Source of the DNA: an uncultured Candidatus Rokubacteria bacterium
Lineage (GTDB): Bacteria > Methylomirabilota > Methylomirabilia > Rokubacteriales > CSP1-6
Length of the DNA stretch: 64,000 bases
NCBI GenBank assembly: GCA_963771355.1
Contig: CAVYTA010000006.1
Location: forward strand, 1,952,001-2,016,000
Reading direction: 5' to 3'
Shown: positions 41,450-51,550 of the stretch, piece by piece
Layout: the number at the start of each line of letters is the position of its first letter
How positions within the stretch are numbered: position 1 is the first letter of the stretch
Position numbers and translations under genes: made by a program
The notes under the pieces: model-generated
Databases searched by the model: none
Seen by the model: the letters and a program-made list of their open reading frames with translations, nothing else
Told to the model about the DNA's origin: nothing

Positions 41450-42192
41450 GCCGAGCCCAGGTAGACCTCGTACACGCGTGGGTCCGCCTTGACCTCGGCG
41501 AACGAGCCCTCGGTGAGGACCTCGCCGTAATGGAGCACGGTGACGCGGTCGGCGAGCGAGGCCACCACGTCCATGTCGTGCTCGATGATGAGGAGGGTCA
41601 CCTCGCGCGGCAGCCCTTCCAGCATCCGCGTCATCCGCAGCGTCTCCTCCGGCGACATGCCCGCGGTGGGCTCATCAAGGAGAAGCAGCCGTGGTGCCGT
41701 GGCCAGCGCCACCCCCACCTCGAGCTGGCGCTGCTCGCCATAGGAGAGCTGGCCGGCGAGGGCGTCGAGGCGCTCGGTGAGCCCCACCGCCTCGGCCGTT
41801 TCCCGCGCGCGCTCCAGCGGGGCGCGGAGCCCGCCCACGCGGCCGAGAAGATTCCAGCTCCCCTGCCCGTCCGCGGCCGCGGCCAGGCGAAGGTTCTCTC
41901 GCACCGGCAGGCGCGGGAATAGGTTGTTGCGCTGGAACGACCGCGCCAGCCCCCGCCGGGCCACGACGTGGGGGGGAAGGCCCGTGATGGGCTGGCCACC
42001 GAGGACGATGCGTCCCGCACTCGGCGGCAGCTGCCCGGTGATGAGGTTGAAGAGCGTGGTCTTCCCGGCGCCGTTGGGTCCGATGATGGCGCGCCGCTCG
42101 CGCGCGGTGACCGCGAGGGAGACGCCGTTGACGGCGGCGAGGGCCCCGAACCGGCGGGTCACTCCCTCCAGGGCGAGGAGGGTGTCGCTCAC
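41446..42192 (-). CDS. livG: LivG-like ABC ATPase
   Basis: GPNGAGKTT, LSYGEQRQLE, DEPTAGM, IEHDMD; GTG 42192. Confidence 0.9.
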   Translation of the reverse strand: MSDTLLALEGVTRRFGALAAVNGVSLAVTARERRAIIGPNGAGKTTLFNLITGQLPPSAGRIVLGGQPITGLPPHVVARRGLARSFQRNNLFPRLPVRENLRLAAAADGQGSWNLLGRVGGLRAPLERARETAEAVGLTERLDALAGQLSYGEQRQLEVGVALATAPRLLLLDEPTAGMSPEETLRMTRMLEGLPREVTLLIIEHDMDVVASLADRVTVLHYGEVLTEGSFAEVKADPRVYEVYLGSA

Positions 42193-43136
42193 GAGCGAAG
42201 ACCCAGGCGGCCGCGCATCGTCCCCACGATCCCACCCGGAGCGAAGAGCACGAGGAGCACGAAGGTGAGTCCGAGAATGAGCATCCAGCGCTCGGTGTAC
42301 GAGGAGACCAGGCTCTGGAGGAGGATGAAGGTGGCCGCCCCCAGAAACGCGCCGCCGAGGGTGCCGGTGCCGCCGATGATGACCATGAGGAGCGCCTCGC
42401 CCGAGGTGGTCCAGAAGAAGGCGTCCGGGGAAACGGAGCCCTGGAACTGCGCGTAGAGCGAGCCCGCGATCCCCGCCACCGTCCCCGCGAGCACGAAGGC
42501 CAGCAGCTTGTAGCGGTTCACGGGGTAGCCCACCGCCTGCATGCGCGCCTCGTTCTCGTGGATCCCGCGCAGCACGTGACCGAACGGCGATCGGGCCACC
42601 CGCCACAGGAAGAGGGCGGCGAAGGCGACGAGGACGAGCAGGTAGGCGTGGAAGCGCGCGGGGCTCCCGATGTCCAGTCCGAGCACGGGAGGGCGCGGGA
42701 CGCCGGTGATCCCGTCCTCGGCCCCGAGAAAGGCGTTCTGGAACGCCACTGCGTAGAACATCTGCGAAAACGCCAGCGTGAGCATGATGAAGTAGACGCC
42801 GCTCACGCGGATGGAGAAGTAGCCGATGACCAGCGCGCCCAGCGCCGCCGCCGCCGCGGGAAGCACGAGCGCGGCGAGGAGACCGGGAGCCTTGGTGAGG
42901 GCGAGCGCCGCCGTATAGGCTCCGATGCCGAAGAACGCGGAGTGCCCGAAGGAGACCATGCCCGCATGGCCCATCAGGAGATCGAGGCTCATGGCGAAGA
43001 TCCCCCAGATGAGGATCTCCTGCAGCAGCTTGACCGGATAGTTGCCCGCGACGAGCGGCACGATCGCCAGCGCCGCCACGAGGGCGGCGAGCCCGAGCGC
43101 ACGCGCGAGCGTGCGCCCATGCGCACGGTCGATCAT
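42189..43136 (-). CDS. livM: LivM-like permease
   Basis: FAMSLDLLMGHAGMVSFGHSAFFG, SPFGHVLRGIHENE; ATG 43136. Confidence 0.9.
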   Translation of the reverse strand: MIDRAHGRTLARALGLAALVAALAIVPLVAGNYPVKLLQEILIWGIFAMSLDLLMGHAGMVSFGHSAFFGIGAYTAALALTKAPGLLAALVLPAAAAALGALVIGYFSIRVSGVYFIMLTLAFSQMFYAVAFQNAFLGAEDGITGVPRPPVLGLDIGSPARFHAYLLVLVAFAALFLWRVARSPFGHVLRGIHENEARMQAVGYPVNRYKLLAFVLAGTVAGIAGSLYAQFQGSVSPDAFFWTTSGEALLMVIIGGTGTLGGAFLGAATFILLQSLVSSYTERWMLILGLTFVLLVLFAPGGIVGTMRGRLGLRS

Positions 43137-43999
43137 CGGAGCGCCCGGCCGAACAGCCCTTGTGGCCGGAACAGGAGGATGAGGGCCATGACGGCGTAGA
43201 TCATCAACATCGAAGCGCCCGGCAGCCATACCTTCCCGAAGGTCTCGGCCTGTCCGATGATGAGGCTTCCCGCGAGCGACCCCTTCAGGCTGCCGAGCCC
43301 CCCGACCGCGACCACGATGAGCGCGGGAATCAGGATGGAGGCGCCCATGGGCGGGAAGGCTGACTGGATGGGGCCGGCGATCACGCCGGACAGGCCGGCC
43401 AGCGCGGTGCCGAAGGCGAAGACGAGGGTGAACACGCGCTGGATATTGATCCCCATGCCCGCCGCCATCTCGGCGTCGTAGACCCCTGCTCGGATGATGG
43501 CGCCCAGCCGCGTCCGCTCGATGATGAGCCAGAGCCCCACCGCCATGACCAGTCCGAACACGATGACGAAGAGACGGTAAGACGGAATGGTCGCCCCCCA
43601 CACCTGCACCGAGCCCGAGAAGAGGTCGGGCGTCGGGATCGATCGGATGCGCCCGCCCCAGATCCACTTCACGAGGTCCTCGAACACGTAGATGAGACCG
43701 AAGGTCAGCAGCACCTGGTCGAGGGGGCCGCGGCGATAGAGAGGCCGCAGGCATGTTCGCTCGATTGCCGCACCCACGACGCCGACCAGGACGGGGGCCA
43801 GAGCCAGGGCCAGCCAGAAGTTACCGGTGGCCGCAATGAGCGTGAGCCCGGCATAGGCCCCCAGCATGTAGAAGGAGCCATGGGCGAGGTTGACCACGTC
43901 CAGCATGCCGAAGATGAGGGTGAGGCCCACGGAGAGGAGGAAGAGGAGCACCCCGTAGGAGAGGCCGTTCAGCGCCTGAGCGAAGAGGTCAGCGGGCAC
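43133..43999 (-). CDS. livH: LivH-like permease
   Basis: NGLSYGVLLFLLSVGLTLIFGMLDVVNLAHG, LFRPQGLFG; start approximate. Confidence 0.88.
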   Translation of the reverse strand: MPADLFAQALNGLSYGVLLFLLSVGLTLIFGMLDVVNLAHGSFYMLGAYAGLTLIAATGNFWLALALAPVLVGVVGAAIERTCLRPLYRRGPLDQVLLTFGLIYVFEDLVKWIWGGRIRSIPTPDLFSGSVQVWGATIPSYRLFVIVFGLVMAVGLWLIIERTRLGAIIRAGVYDAEMAAGMGINIQRVFTLVFAFGTALAGLSGVIAGPIQSAFPPMGASILIPALIVVAVGGLGSLKGSLAGSLIIGQAETFGKVWLPGASMLMIYAVMALILLFRPQGLFGRALR

Positions 44000-44028
44000 G
44001 GGCACGCGCACGCGTGTCGAACACGGGA

Positions 44029-44101
44029 CGGCCGGGGCGGGGGGGCGCACTCACTTGTTCGATACAGCACTCACCGTGAGCGCGCCCCCCCGCCCCGGCC
44101 G
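44029..44101 (-). repeat. Long intercistronic stem-loop (26-bp arms, 21-nt loop)
   Basis: cggccggggcgggggggcgcactcac ... gtgagcgcgcccccccgccccggccg; the single mismatch is a G-U pair on the transcribed (-) strand. Confidence 0.85.
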
Positions 44102-44160
44102 CCTCCTGCTCGCTACCCCTCACCGGGAAATGCCCCGCCGGGACGGCCGTCGCGCCAGCT

Positions 44161-45375
44161 CTACGCCGGCAGCGTACAGCCCGTGCCCGGATCCCGCACG
44201 TCGGCGACCTTGTCGATGGGGACGTTGTTGAGGCCGCCGTACACCTCGCGGACCTCGCGGACGTAGATGAAGGGCTGGATCACGTTGTGGGTCTTGGGGT
44301 CGAAGCGGAAGCGGCCGCGCGGGCTGTCGAACTCCACCTTCTCGATGGCGGCGACCAGCTTGTCCTTGTCCTGGGTGTCCCCGTTGACCGCCTTGAGCGC
44401 CCGCAGGATGACCTCGGCCGTGTCGAAGCCCTGGCAGGCGAAGCCGTCCGGCATCTTGCCGAAATACTTATCGCGGAAATCCTTCACGAAACGATGGTTC
44501 ACCGCGTTGTCGAGCAGCGGCGTGTAGAAATGCCCGGTGATGACGCCCAGCGCGGAGGTGCCCTGCGCGGGGAGCACGTCGGGCTCGGTGAGGAAGCCCG
44601 CGCCCGTGAGCTTGATGGACTGCTTGAGCCCGAAGCTGGCGAACTGCTTCACGAAGTTCACCGCGTCAGTCCCCGAGAAGAAGGCGAACACCGCCTTGGC
44701 CCCCGACTGCTTGATCTTGGTGAGGTAGGGCGCGTAATCGGTCTCGCCGAGCTTCGGGTAATCCTCATCGACCACCTTGCCGCCGGCGGGGACGAAGGTC
44801 TCCTTGAAGGCGTTCATCATGTCCTTGCCCGCCTGGTAGTTGGGCGCGGTGAGGAACACGTCCTTGGACACGTTCTTGGCCACCCAGCCGCCCATGGGCT
44901 GGCAGGGCTGCCAGTTCGAAAAGGAGGTGCGGAAGATCCACTTCGAGCAGCGCTCACGCGAGATCGCGTCGGCGCCGGCATTCGACACGATGAGAATCGT
45001 CTTGGAGTTGTGCACCTTGTCCCGCATGCCCATGAGGATGCCCGAGTGCACGGGCCCGGTGAGGATGTCCACCTTGTCGGAGTCGATGAGCTTCTCCGTC
45101 TTGCGGATGCCCACCGGCGGCTTCATCTCGTCGTCTTCCTTCACCATCTCGATCTTGCGGCCGGCCACCGTCCAGTTCTCGCGGGCGAAGACCATCTCCA
45201 TCGCCTGCGTGATGCTCTCCCCGAGCACCGCGTACACGCCCGTGTACGGCAGGACCACGCCGATCTTGATGGGCGCGCCCTGAGCATGCGCCCGGAGCAC
45301 CCACGGGCCCACCGCCGTGCCCGCCGCGACCGCCGAGGCTCCGCCGAGGAATTTCCTGCGCGTCAGTTGCGCCAT
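44161..45375 (-). CDS. Tat-exported ABC substrate-binding protein (Liv family, aromatic-acid-binder-like)
   Basis: TRRKFL Tat motif, KIGVVLPYTG, GPVHSG, FRTSFSNWQ, DSPRG. Confidence 0.9.
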   Translation of the reverse strand: MAQLTRRKFLGGASAVAAGTAVGPWVLRAHAQGAPIKIGVVLPYTGVYAVLGESITQAMEMVFARENWTVAGRKIEMVKEDDEMKPPVGIRKTEKLIDSDKVDILTGPVHSGILMGMRDKVHNSKTILIVSNAGADAISRERCSKWIFRTSFSNWQPCQPMGGWVAKNVSKDVFLTAPNYQAGKDMMNAFKETFVPAGGKVVDEDYPKLGETDYAPYLTKIKQSGAKAVFAFFSGTDAVNFVKQFASFGLKQSIKLTGAGFLTEPDVLPAQGTSALGVITGHFYTPLLDNAVNHRFVKDFRDKYFGKMPDGFACQGFDTAEVILRALKAVNGDTQDKDKLVAAIEKVEFDSPRGRFRFDPKTHNVIQPFIYVREVREVYGGLNNVPIDKVADVRDPGTGCTLPA

Positions 45376-45484
45376 TGCTCCTGTCCTCCTGATGGCCGTG
45401 CCGTGAGGGATTGATAAGTTCTCCGGATGGTACACCAAGACAAACCGGCGACCTAGGCGACCGGTTCGGCGACCCCTTCGGATC

Positions 45485-46327
45485 CTAGGAGGCGGCCAGC
45501 AGCGAGATCACGTAGTTCCCGGACCCCGACGAGGGGCCATAGGCGTGCAGCCGGGCGGCATACCGTTCGCCTGACTCCACCAATGCTCCCAGCATCATGG
45601 CCAGGTGCCGGCCCCCCATCTCCGCCTCGACCGTCCGCACATAGCCGGGGAGCCAGCGCCAGAGCGCCTCGTAGTCCCCGGCCGCCAGCCGCCGGGCGAA
45701 CTCGTGGTCGAGGGCCTGGTCCTCGGGGAGCGGCGCCCGCTCGGGGCCGCGCACCAGCTTGTGCGAGACGCTGCCGCTGGCGACCAGACCCACGCGCCGG
45801 TCTCCCTCGCGGGCGACCTGGGCCAGGTAGCGGCCCCACGCGAAGCACTCGTCGAGATCGTTCGAGAGGCAGACCGAGATGGGGACAAGGGGCAGCCGCT
45901 GGGCGCGGTCCAGATAGCACACCATCGGCATCACGGTGCCGTAGTCGAGCGGATAGTGCACGTCGTTGGCGAGGACGGCCAGGTGGTCCTTGGACTTGCC
46001 GCGCGCGACGAGGGCGGCGGCGAGAGCATAGTCGCCGGGATAGTCGTACGCCACGCCGTGGATGATCTCGGGCGCCTCCTGGGCGGTCAGCACGCCCTGG
46101 TGCCGCGGGGTGCCGTCGACCACGGTGGGAAAGGTCGAGATCAGGTGGCAGGAGTTGATCGCCATCACATCCAGGCGCGCCTCCGCCACGTCCCCGCCCT
46201 GGGCCACCAGTCCGTCGCGCACGGGCCGGAACACCTCGGAGGCGAGCTTGCCCTCGAAGGCGGCCTCGAGCGTGCAGTAGCGCGGCGTGTGCACCGACAA
46301 GAACACTCCCGCCAGGCTTCCCATCAC
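45485..46327 (-). CDS. Class III extradiol ring-cleavage dioxygenase (LigB/HpaD-like)
   Basis: VHTP, SCH, YDYPGDYALA, LDYGTVMPM, ASGSVSH, SSGSGN. Confidence 0.8.
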   Translation of the reverse strand: MMGSLAGVFLSVHTPRYCTLEAAFEGKLASEVFRPVRDGLVAQGGDVAEARLDVMAINSCHLISTFPTVVDGTPRHQGVLTAQEAPEIIHGVAYDYPGDYALAAALVARGKSKDHLAVLANDVHYPLDYGTVMPMVCYLDRAQRLPLVPISVCLSNDLDECFAWGRYLAQVAREGDRRVGLVASGSVSHKLVRGPERAPLPEDQALDHEFARRLAAGDYEALWRWLPGYVRTVEAEMGGRHLAMMLGALVESGERYAARLHAYGPSSGSGNYVISLLAAS

Positions 46328-46334
46328 CTGCCTC

Positions 46335-46745
46335 CTAGCCGAGCCACGCCACCGCGTCGATCTCGACGTTCACGCCGGCGCGGGGCGGGGCGGCCTCGAC
46401 GGTGGTGCGGGCCGGCTGCACGCCCGCGAAGTAGTCCTTGAACACCCGGTTGAAGACGGCGAAGTCCTTCATGTCGCGCAGGTAGACGCCCACCCGCACC
46501 ACGTTGGCGATGCCGGTGCCGCCTGCCTCCAGCACCGCCTTCACGTTGTCGAGCGTCACGCGCGTCTGCTCGGCGATGTCGGGAGAGACGATCTGCTTGG
46601 TGGCGGGATCCAGCGGCCCCTGGCCCGACACGAAGAGGAAGCCGCCGCACTTCACCCCCTGGGCGATGGGCGACTCGGTGCCCTCGGAGAAGCCGGTCTT
46701 TGGCGCGGACGTGGTGAACACGACTTCGGGCGACTTCATGGACAT
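46335..46745 (-). CDS. RidA/YjgF family protein
   Basis: FLFVSGQGPLDP, QTRVTLDNVKAVLEAGG, PARTTV, VEIDAVA. Confidence 0.88.
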   Translation of the reverse strand: MSMKSPEVVFTTSAPKTGFSEGTESPIAQGVKCGGFLFVSGQGPLDPATKQIVSPDIAEQTRVTLDNVKAVLEAGGTGIANVVRVGVYLRDMKDFAVFNRVFKDYFAGVQPARTTVEAAPPRAGVNVEIDAVAWLG

Positions 46746-48274
46746 TGACCTCCCTCTCGTGGATGAGACGCGGTGAGGTGATCGCGCAGCCGGTGCCGCT
46801 GGAGCTTGCCCGTGGCCGTGCGCGGCAGCGCGGGCACCACGATGATCTCGCGGGGACGCGCATGCGCGGGCGCCTCGCGCGCCAGCCGCTCGCGCAGCTC
46901 GGCCGCCAGCGCGGCGGCATCCGCCCCCGCCGCGCGCGGCACCACGAAGAGATACGGCTTCACCAGCCCCGACTCCTCCTCCGCCCCCACCAGCCCCGCC
47001 TCGAGCACGGCGGGATGCCGGAGGGCGACGGCCTCCACATCCGCCGGCACCACCCATTGGCCCGCCACCTTGAAGAGGTCGTCCTGGCGGCCGCAGTGGA
47101 TCCAGTGCCCGTCGGCGTCCACGTAGTATACGTCGCCGGTGCGGAACCACTCCCCGTCGAAGGCCCGGCCGGTGGCCTCCGGTCGCTGCCAGTAGCCCCT
47201 GGCCAGAGACGGCGTCCGCACCCAGAGGACGCCCTGAGCCCCGCGCGGCACCAGCCCTCTCTCGGCGTCCAGGAGGCGGGCCTCGGTACCGGGCACCGGC
47301 GTCCCCGTGGATCCCTCGCGACTCTGGCCGGGACGGCTCGAGAGCATCATGAAGATGGTCTCGGTGGCCCCGATCCCGTCGAGAATCTCCACGCCGAAGC
47401 GCGCCCGCCATGCGCGGTAGACCTCGGCGGGCAACCGCTCGCCCGCGGAGACGCAGGCGCGCGCCGAGGCGAAGGTGTCGGCGGGCAAATCGGCGGCGAG
47501 GAGGCGCGCGTACACCGTCGGCACCGAAAAGAAGAGCGTGGGCCGGAACTCCCGCGCCACCGCCCGCACTGTCTCCGCGTCGGCCCAGCCCGGATGCAGA
47601 TAGCTCTCCCCGCGTGCGAAGAGCGGGACGAGGAGCGCATTGCCGAGGGCGTAGGCGAAGAAGAGCTTCGAGGTGACGAAGACGCGATCCTCCGCGCCGG
47701 CGCCGAGCACCTCGCCGCCATAGTGCCGGCAGGCGAGAAGATTGCGATGGAGGTGCATGGCGGCCTTGGGCGAGCCGGTGGTGCCCGAGGTGTAGAGCCA
47801 GAAGGCCATGGCGTCCGGGCCCACCGGAACCGGCGCGAAGCGGGTGCCGGTCGGGGTCAGCAGCGCCTCCGGATCGAGCACGGTGGGAAGGCCCGCGCGT
47901 GCGGCCGCCTCGCGCGCGGGCGCCGCCAGCGCGGGATCGGCGACGAGGACCGCGGCGCCGCAGTCGGTCAGCACCGCGGCGAGATCGGCCGCGGCGAGCC
48001 GAGTATTCAGCGGGACCGCCACCGCCCCGGCGCGGAGGGTGCCGAAGAAGAGGGCGGCCCAGAGGAGACCATCCGGGAGCAGAAGGGCCACCCGATCGCC
48101 CGGCGTCACCCCGCGGGCCCGCAGTCCGGCCCCCGCGCGCTCGACCAGAGCGAGAAGCTCGGCGTAGCTCGCCGCCCCCGCGGGCGTCACCAGCGCGCGG
48201 CACGCGCCCCGCCCTTCCTCCACCGCGGCGTCGAGGAACGCGACGGTCGCGTTGGGGACCGCCGCCGGCGTCAC
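46736..48274 (-). CDS. Benzoate-CoA ligase family AMP-binding enzyme
   Basis: AFWLYTSGTTGSPKAAMH, KLFFAYALGN, DGIGATE, DDLFKVAGQWV, PRTATGKLQR; GTG 48274. Confidence 0.88.
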   Translation of the reverse strand: MTPAAVPNATVAFLDAAVEEGRGACRALVTPAGAASYAELLALVERAGAGLRARGVTPGDRVALLLPDGLLWAALFFGTLRAGAVAVPLNTRLAAADLAAVLTDCGAAVLVADPALAAPAREAAARAGLPTVLDPEALLTPTGTRFAPVPVGPDAMAFWLYTSGTTGSPKAAMHLHRNLLACRHYGGEVLGAGAEDRVFVTSKLFFAYALGNALLVPLFARGESYLHPGWADAETVRAVAREFRPTLFFSVPTVYARLLAADLPADTFASARACVSAGERLPAEVYRAWRARFGVEILDGIGATETIFMMLSSRPGQSREGSTGTPVPGTEARLLDAERGLVPRGAQGVLWVRTPSLARGYWQRPEATGRAFDGEWFRTGDVYYVDADGHWIHCGRQDDLFKVAGQWVVPADVEAVALRHPAVLEAGLVGAEEESGLVKPYLFVVPRAAGADAAALAAELRERLAREAPAHARPREIIVVPALPRTATGKLQRHRLRDHLTASHPREGGQCP

Positions 48275-49080
48275 TCGCGATCCGTGGGCGCGCCGCGCGG
48301 GCGCCGGACGCGAACGCCCTTGTCCACCAGGCGGTCGCCGATGCCGTGGAACTTGTGGCGACCGTCCGCGTGGAACTGCCACAGAGCCTCGAGGCTGGGA
48401 AAGCCGGCGAGGTAGCGAAGGCCCGACTCGCCGGGCTCGGCCATGGGCATCTGGTCCGCCTCGTAGCGCGCGACGCCCGCCTCGGGCTCGATCCAGAGGC
48501 CCTCGGAGGTCTCTTCCGTGAACAGCCGCGGGCTCTGGCCGGGCGGCACCGGGGCGAGGAAGAAGCGCGCGGTGAACCGGATGGGACCGCCCGCCGGCGT
48601 GATGAAGTGGGAGAGATAGCGGAGCGGCGCCACGTCGAGGTACCAGTCCTCGGCGGCGAGGAGATCCCCCAGCCGCGCGGACTCCGTCATCAGCGCGTGC
48701 CGCATGCGGTCCACCAGGGCGGCCACCGCGGCCTCGCCCGCCGGGATGGGACGACCCGCGCGGTCGGAGACGAGGAGCAGCCCCGTCTCCTCGAGCAGCT
48801 CGCGCAGGGCGGTGACCCAGAAGGCCAGCGCGGGGACCCCGTCGTGGCCGGGCAGGATACGTGCCGCGTCCTCCGGCGAGAGCCCGCGGCAGCGGGCGAG
48901 GAGCGCGGGATCGCCATCGGCTGCGTCCACCTTGCCGCCGGGAAACGCGTAGAAGCCGCCGAGAAAGCGCATGCTCTTCTGTCGCCGGATCATGTAGACC
49001 TCGATCGGCGTGCGCACGCCCGGCCGTACGAGGAGCACGGAGGCCGCCGGCCTGGGGATGACCGGCCCCTCCGTGGTCAA
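48271..49080 (-). CDS. Nudix hydrolase (Nudt19-like, putative acyl-CoA diphosphatase)
   Basis: PRPAASVLL, FPGGKVD, ALRELLEETG, HFITP...RFTARFF. Confidence 0.82.
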   Translation of the reverse strand: MTTEGPVIPRPAASVLLVRPGVRTPIEVYMIRRQKSMRFLGGFYAFPGGKVDAADGDPALLARCRGLSPEDAARILPGHDGVPALAFWVTALRELLEETGLLLVSDRAGRPIPAGEAAVAALVDRMRHALMTESARLGDLLAAEDWYLDVAPLRYLSHFITPAGGPIRFTARFFLAPVPPGQSPRLFTEETSEGLWIEPEAGVARYEADQMPMAEPGESGLRYLAGFPSLEALWQFHADGRHKFHGIGDRLVDKGVRVRRPRGAPTDRE

Positions 49081-50399
49081 GCGGACGAGGCCTCGGGCCG
49101 CGGCCCGCCCGCGAGCTGCTCGAGGAGGGCGTCGGCGGAGATGGGCTTGGCCAGCACCTGGTCCACGTACTTGCTCGCCTCGGTGGCGGTGACCCCCTCC
49201 CCCCAGCCGGTGAGGAGGAAGACGCGCGTCTCCGGCGCGCGGGTCTTCACGTGCTCGGCGACCTGCCAGCCATTGACCTTGGGCATGCCGAGATCGGTGA
49301 TGACCACGTCGTGGAGGACCGGATCGAAGGTCGCGATGGCCTCCTCGCCGTTGACGGCGGTGGTGACCTGATGACCCCCCGAGCGCAGCATGTCCGACAG
49401 CACGAGGAGGAGCCGCTGGTCGTCGTCCACCAGGAGGACGCGCGCCGCCCGTTCCGGATGGACGGGCTCGGCGGTCTCCTCCGAGGGCGGGATGATCTGG
49501 AACCGGCTCGCGTGCAGCCGCAGCCGCACCGTGGTGCCCTTGCCCTCGCGGCTCTCGATCCGGAGGCTGCCCCCGTGGCGCTCCACGATATCGGCCACCT
49601 CGCGGAGCCCCCGCCCGGACCGGCGTGGTGAGCCTGGGGCCAGGGTCCGGCGCAACTCCTCCGGCATGCCGACGCCGTTGTCCGACACCTCGAGGCTCAC
49701 CCAGCCCGACTCCTCGGTGGCGGCCCGGATCACGAGGGTGCCGCCCTGGGGCATGGCAGTGACCGCGTTGAGGATGAGGTGGACGAGGGCGTCGCGCAGC
49801 TCGAAGGCATTGCCCTCCACCGGGGGGATGGCCCCGAGCTCCCGGGTGACGTTGATCACCACCGCGCGGCGCTGCGCGTCGTCGCGCCAGCGCGGCGCCG
49901 TCATCTCCAGGGCTTCGGCCACCACCGCGGGCAGCCCCACCGGACCGAAGCCCACGTGCGGCTCGCGGGAGACGAACTCCTGGAAGCGCCGCACCGAGAC
50001 GGAGGCTTCCATGGCCACGTCGCGGATGACCTTGAGCCGCCGCTGCGCGGTGTCGCTCTGCTCCTCCTTCAGCAGCAGCTCGGTATAGGCGAGGATGGCG
50101 GCGAGCGAATTGTTGAAGTTGTGGGTGAGCCCACCCACCGTCTCGCCGAGCGTGCGGAGGTCCACCGACCGTCCGATCCCGCCGGGCGAATCCTCGAGGC
50201 GCCGGCTCAGGTCGCGGGCCCAGGAGCGCAGGGTGAGGAGGGAGCGGTCCAGCTCCACCTTGGAGCGCGCGAGGTGGCGCGCGATGTCGCGGATCTCCTC
50301 GTGATCAGCGAAGAGGAGCGGATGGTCGGGGGCCGGCGGCTCGGAAGCGCCGCCGCCGCCGACCCAGCGCGCGACCGTACGCCGGACGCCCTCGAGCAT
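49077..50399 (-). CDS. Hybrid histidine kinase/response regulator lacking a recognisable sensor domain
   Basis: GLTHNFNNSL H-box, LILNA N-box, SDNGVGM G1, receiver LLVDDD...TDLGMP...AKP. Confidence 0.85.
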   Translation of the reverse strand: MLEGVRRTVARWVGGGGASEPPAPDHPLLFADHEEIRDIARHLARSKVELDRSLLTLRSWARDLSRRLEDSPGGIGRSVDLRTLGETVGGLTHNFNNSLAAILAYTELLLKEEQSDTAQRRLKVIRDVAMEASVSVRRFQEFVSREPHVGFGPVGLPAVVAEALEMTAPRWRDDAQRRAVVINVTRELGAIPPVEGNAFELRDALVHLILNAVTAMPQGGTLVIRAATEESGWVSLEVSDNGVGMPEELRRTLAPGSPRRSGRGLREVADIVERHGGSLRIESREGKGTTVRLRLHASRFQIIPPSEETAEPVHPERAARVLLVDDDQRLLLVLSDMLRSGGHQVTTAVNGEEAIATFDPVLHDVVITDLGMPKVNGWQVAEHVKTRAPETRVFLLTGWGEGVTATEASKYVDQVLAKPISADALLEQLAGGPRPEASSA

Positions 50400-50406
50400 G
50401 TCGCGG

Positions 50407-51546
50407 TTAGAGGTTCACCAGCTGCGCGACGCGTTCGCGGTGATACGTGGCATCGCCAAAGGTGAACTCCGAGCCCTTGGCGCGCTTGAAGTAGAGGTGA
50501 AGATCGTGCTCCCAGGTGAAGCCGATGCCGCCGTGCAGCTGGATGCCCGCGGCCGAAACGCGGCGGTAGGCGTCGGAGACATAGGCCTTGGCCATGCTCA
50601 CTGCCAGCGGCCCCTCGGGGGAGCGTTCGTCCATGGCCCAGGCGGCATAGTACGTGATGGACTTGCTGTTCTCCACTTCCACCAGCATGTCGGCGGCCTT
50701 GTGCTTGACCCCCTGGTAGGAGCCGATGGGCTTGCCGAAGGCCTGGCGGATCTTCGCGTACTCGACCGTCATGTCGAGCACCTTCTGCGCGCCGCCGCAC
50801 ATCTCCGCGCAGAGCGCCACGCAGGCGCGGTCCAGCACGCGCGCAAGCGGCGCCCAGCCTCGGCCCGCCTCCCCCATGAGCGCGTCCGCGCCGAGCGTGA
50901 CCCCGGCCAGCGTCACCTCGCAGAGCTTGCGGGTCTGGTCCATGGTGGGCAGGAGCTTGACCTCGAGGCCCGGCGTCGTCCGGGGGACGAGGAAGAGGCT
51001 CACGCCATCCTCCGGCGACGGGCCCGAGCCCGTGCGCGCCGCCACCACGATGGCGTCGGCGGTGTGGGCGTCGGGCACGAAGAGCTTGGTGCCGGCCAGC
51101 GTGTGGCGGCCGCCGGCCGACTTGGCCTCCAGCGTGATCCCGGCGGCGCCGAGTGTCGCGGACGGCTCCATCCAGGCGAGCGTCACGCGCTGGTCGCCGC
51201 TCGCCAGCTCGGGGAGCCACGTCTTCTTCTGTGCCTCGGTGCCCGCCTCGAGGAGGGCGAGGCCGCCCAGGAGCACGGTGGAGAAGTACGGGCCCGGCAT
51301 CACCGCGCGGCCCATCTCCTCCATGAGCACGGTGAGATCCACGAAGCCCAGCCCCATGCCGCCGTAGGCCTCGGGATAGATCAGGCCCAGCCACCCCTGC
51401 TCGGCGATCTTCTTCCAGAGCTCCGGCGTCATCCCCTCCGCGCCGTCCATGAGCCGGCGCACCACCTCGGAGGAGCACTCGTTGTCGAAGAACTTGCGGG
51501 CGGTGCTCCGGAGCAGCTCCTGCTCGTCGTTGAAGCCGAAGTTCAT
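50407..51546 (-). CDS. Acyl-CoA dehydrogenase (partner subunit type)
   Basis: MNFGFNDEQELLR, RQAFGKPIGSYQGVKH, QLHGGIGFTWEHDLHLYFKRA. Confidence 0.92.
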   Translation of the reverse strand: MNFGFNDEQELLRSTARKFFDNECSSEVVRRLMDGAEGMTPELWKKIAEQGWLGLIYPEAYGGMGLGFVDLTVLMEEMGRAVMPGPYFSTVLLGGLALLEAGTEAQKKTWLPELASGDQRVTLAWMEPSATLGAAGITLEAKSAGGRHTLAGTKLFVPDAHTADAIVVAARTGSGPSPEDGVSLFLVPRTTPGLEVKLLPTMDQTRKLCEVTLAGVTLGADALMGEAGRGWAPLARVLDRACVALCAEMCGGAQKVLDMTVEYAKIRQAFGKPIGSYQGVKHKAADMLVEVENSKSITYYAAWAMDERSPEGPLAVSMAKAYVSDAYRRVSAAGIQLHGGIGFTWEHDLHLYFKRAKGSEFTFGDATYHRERVAQLVNL

Positions 51547-51550
51547 GGGG

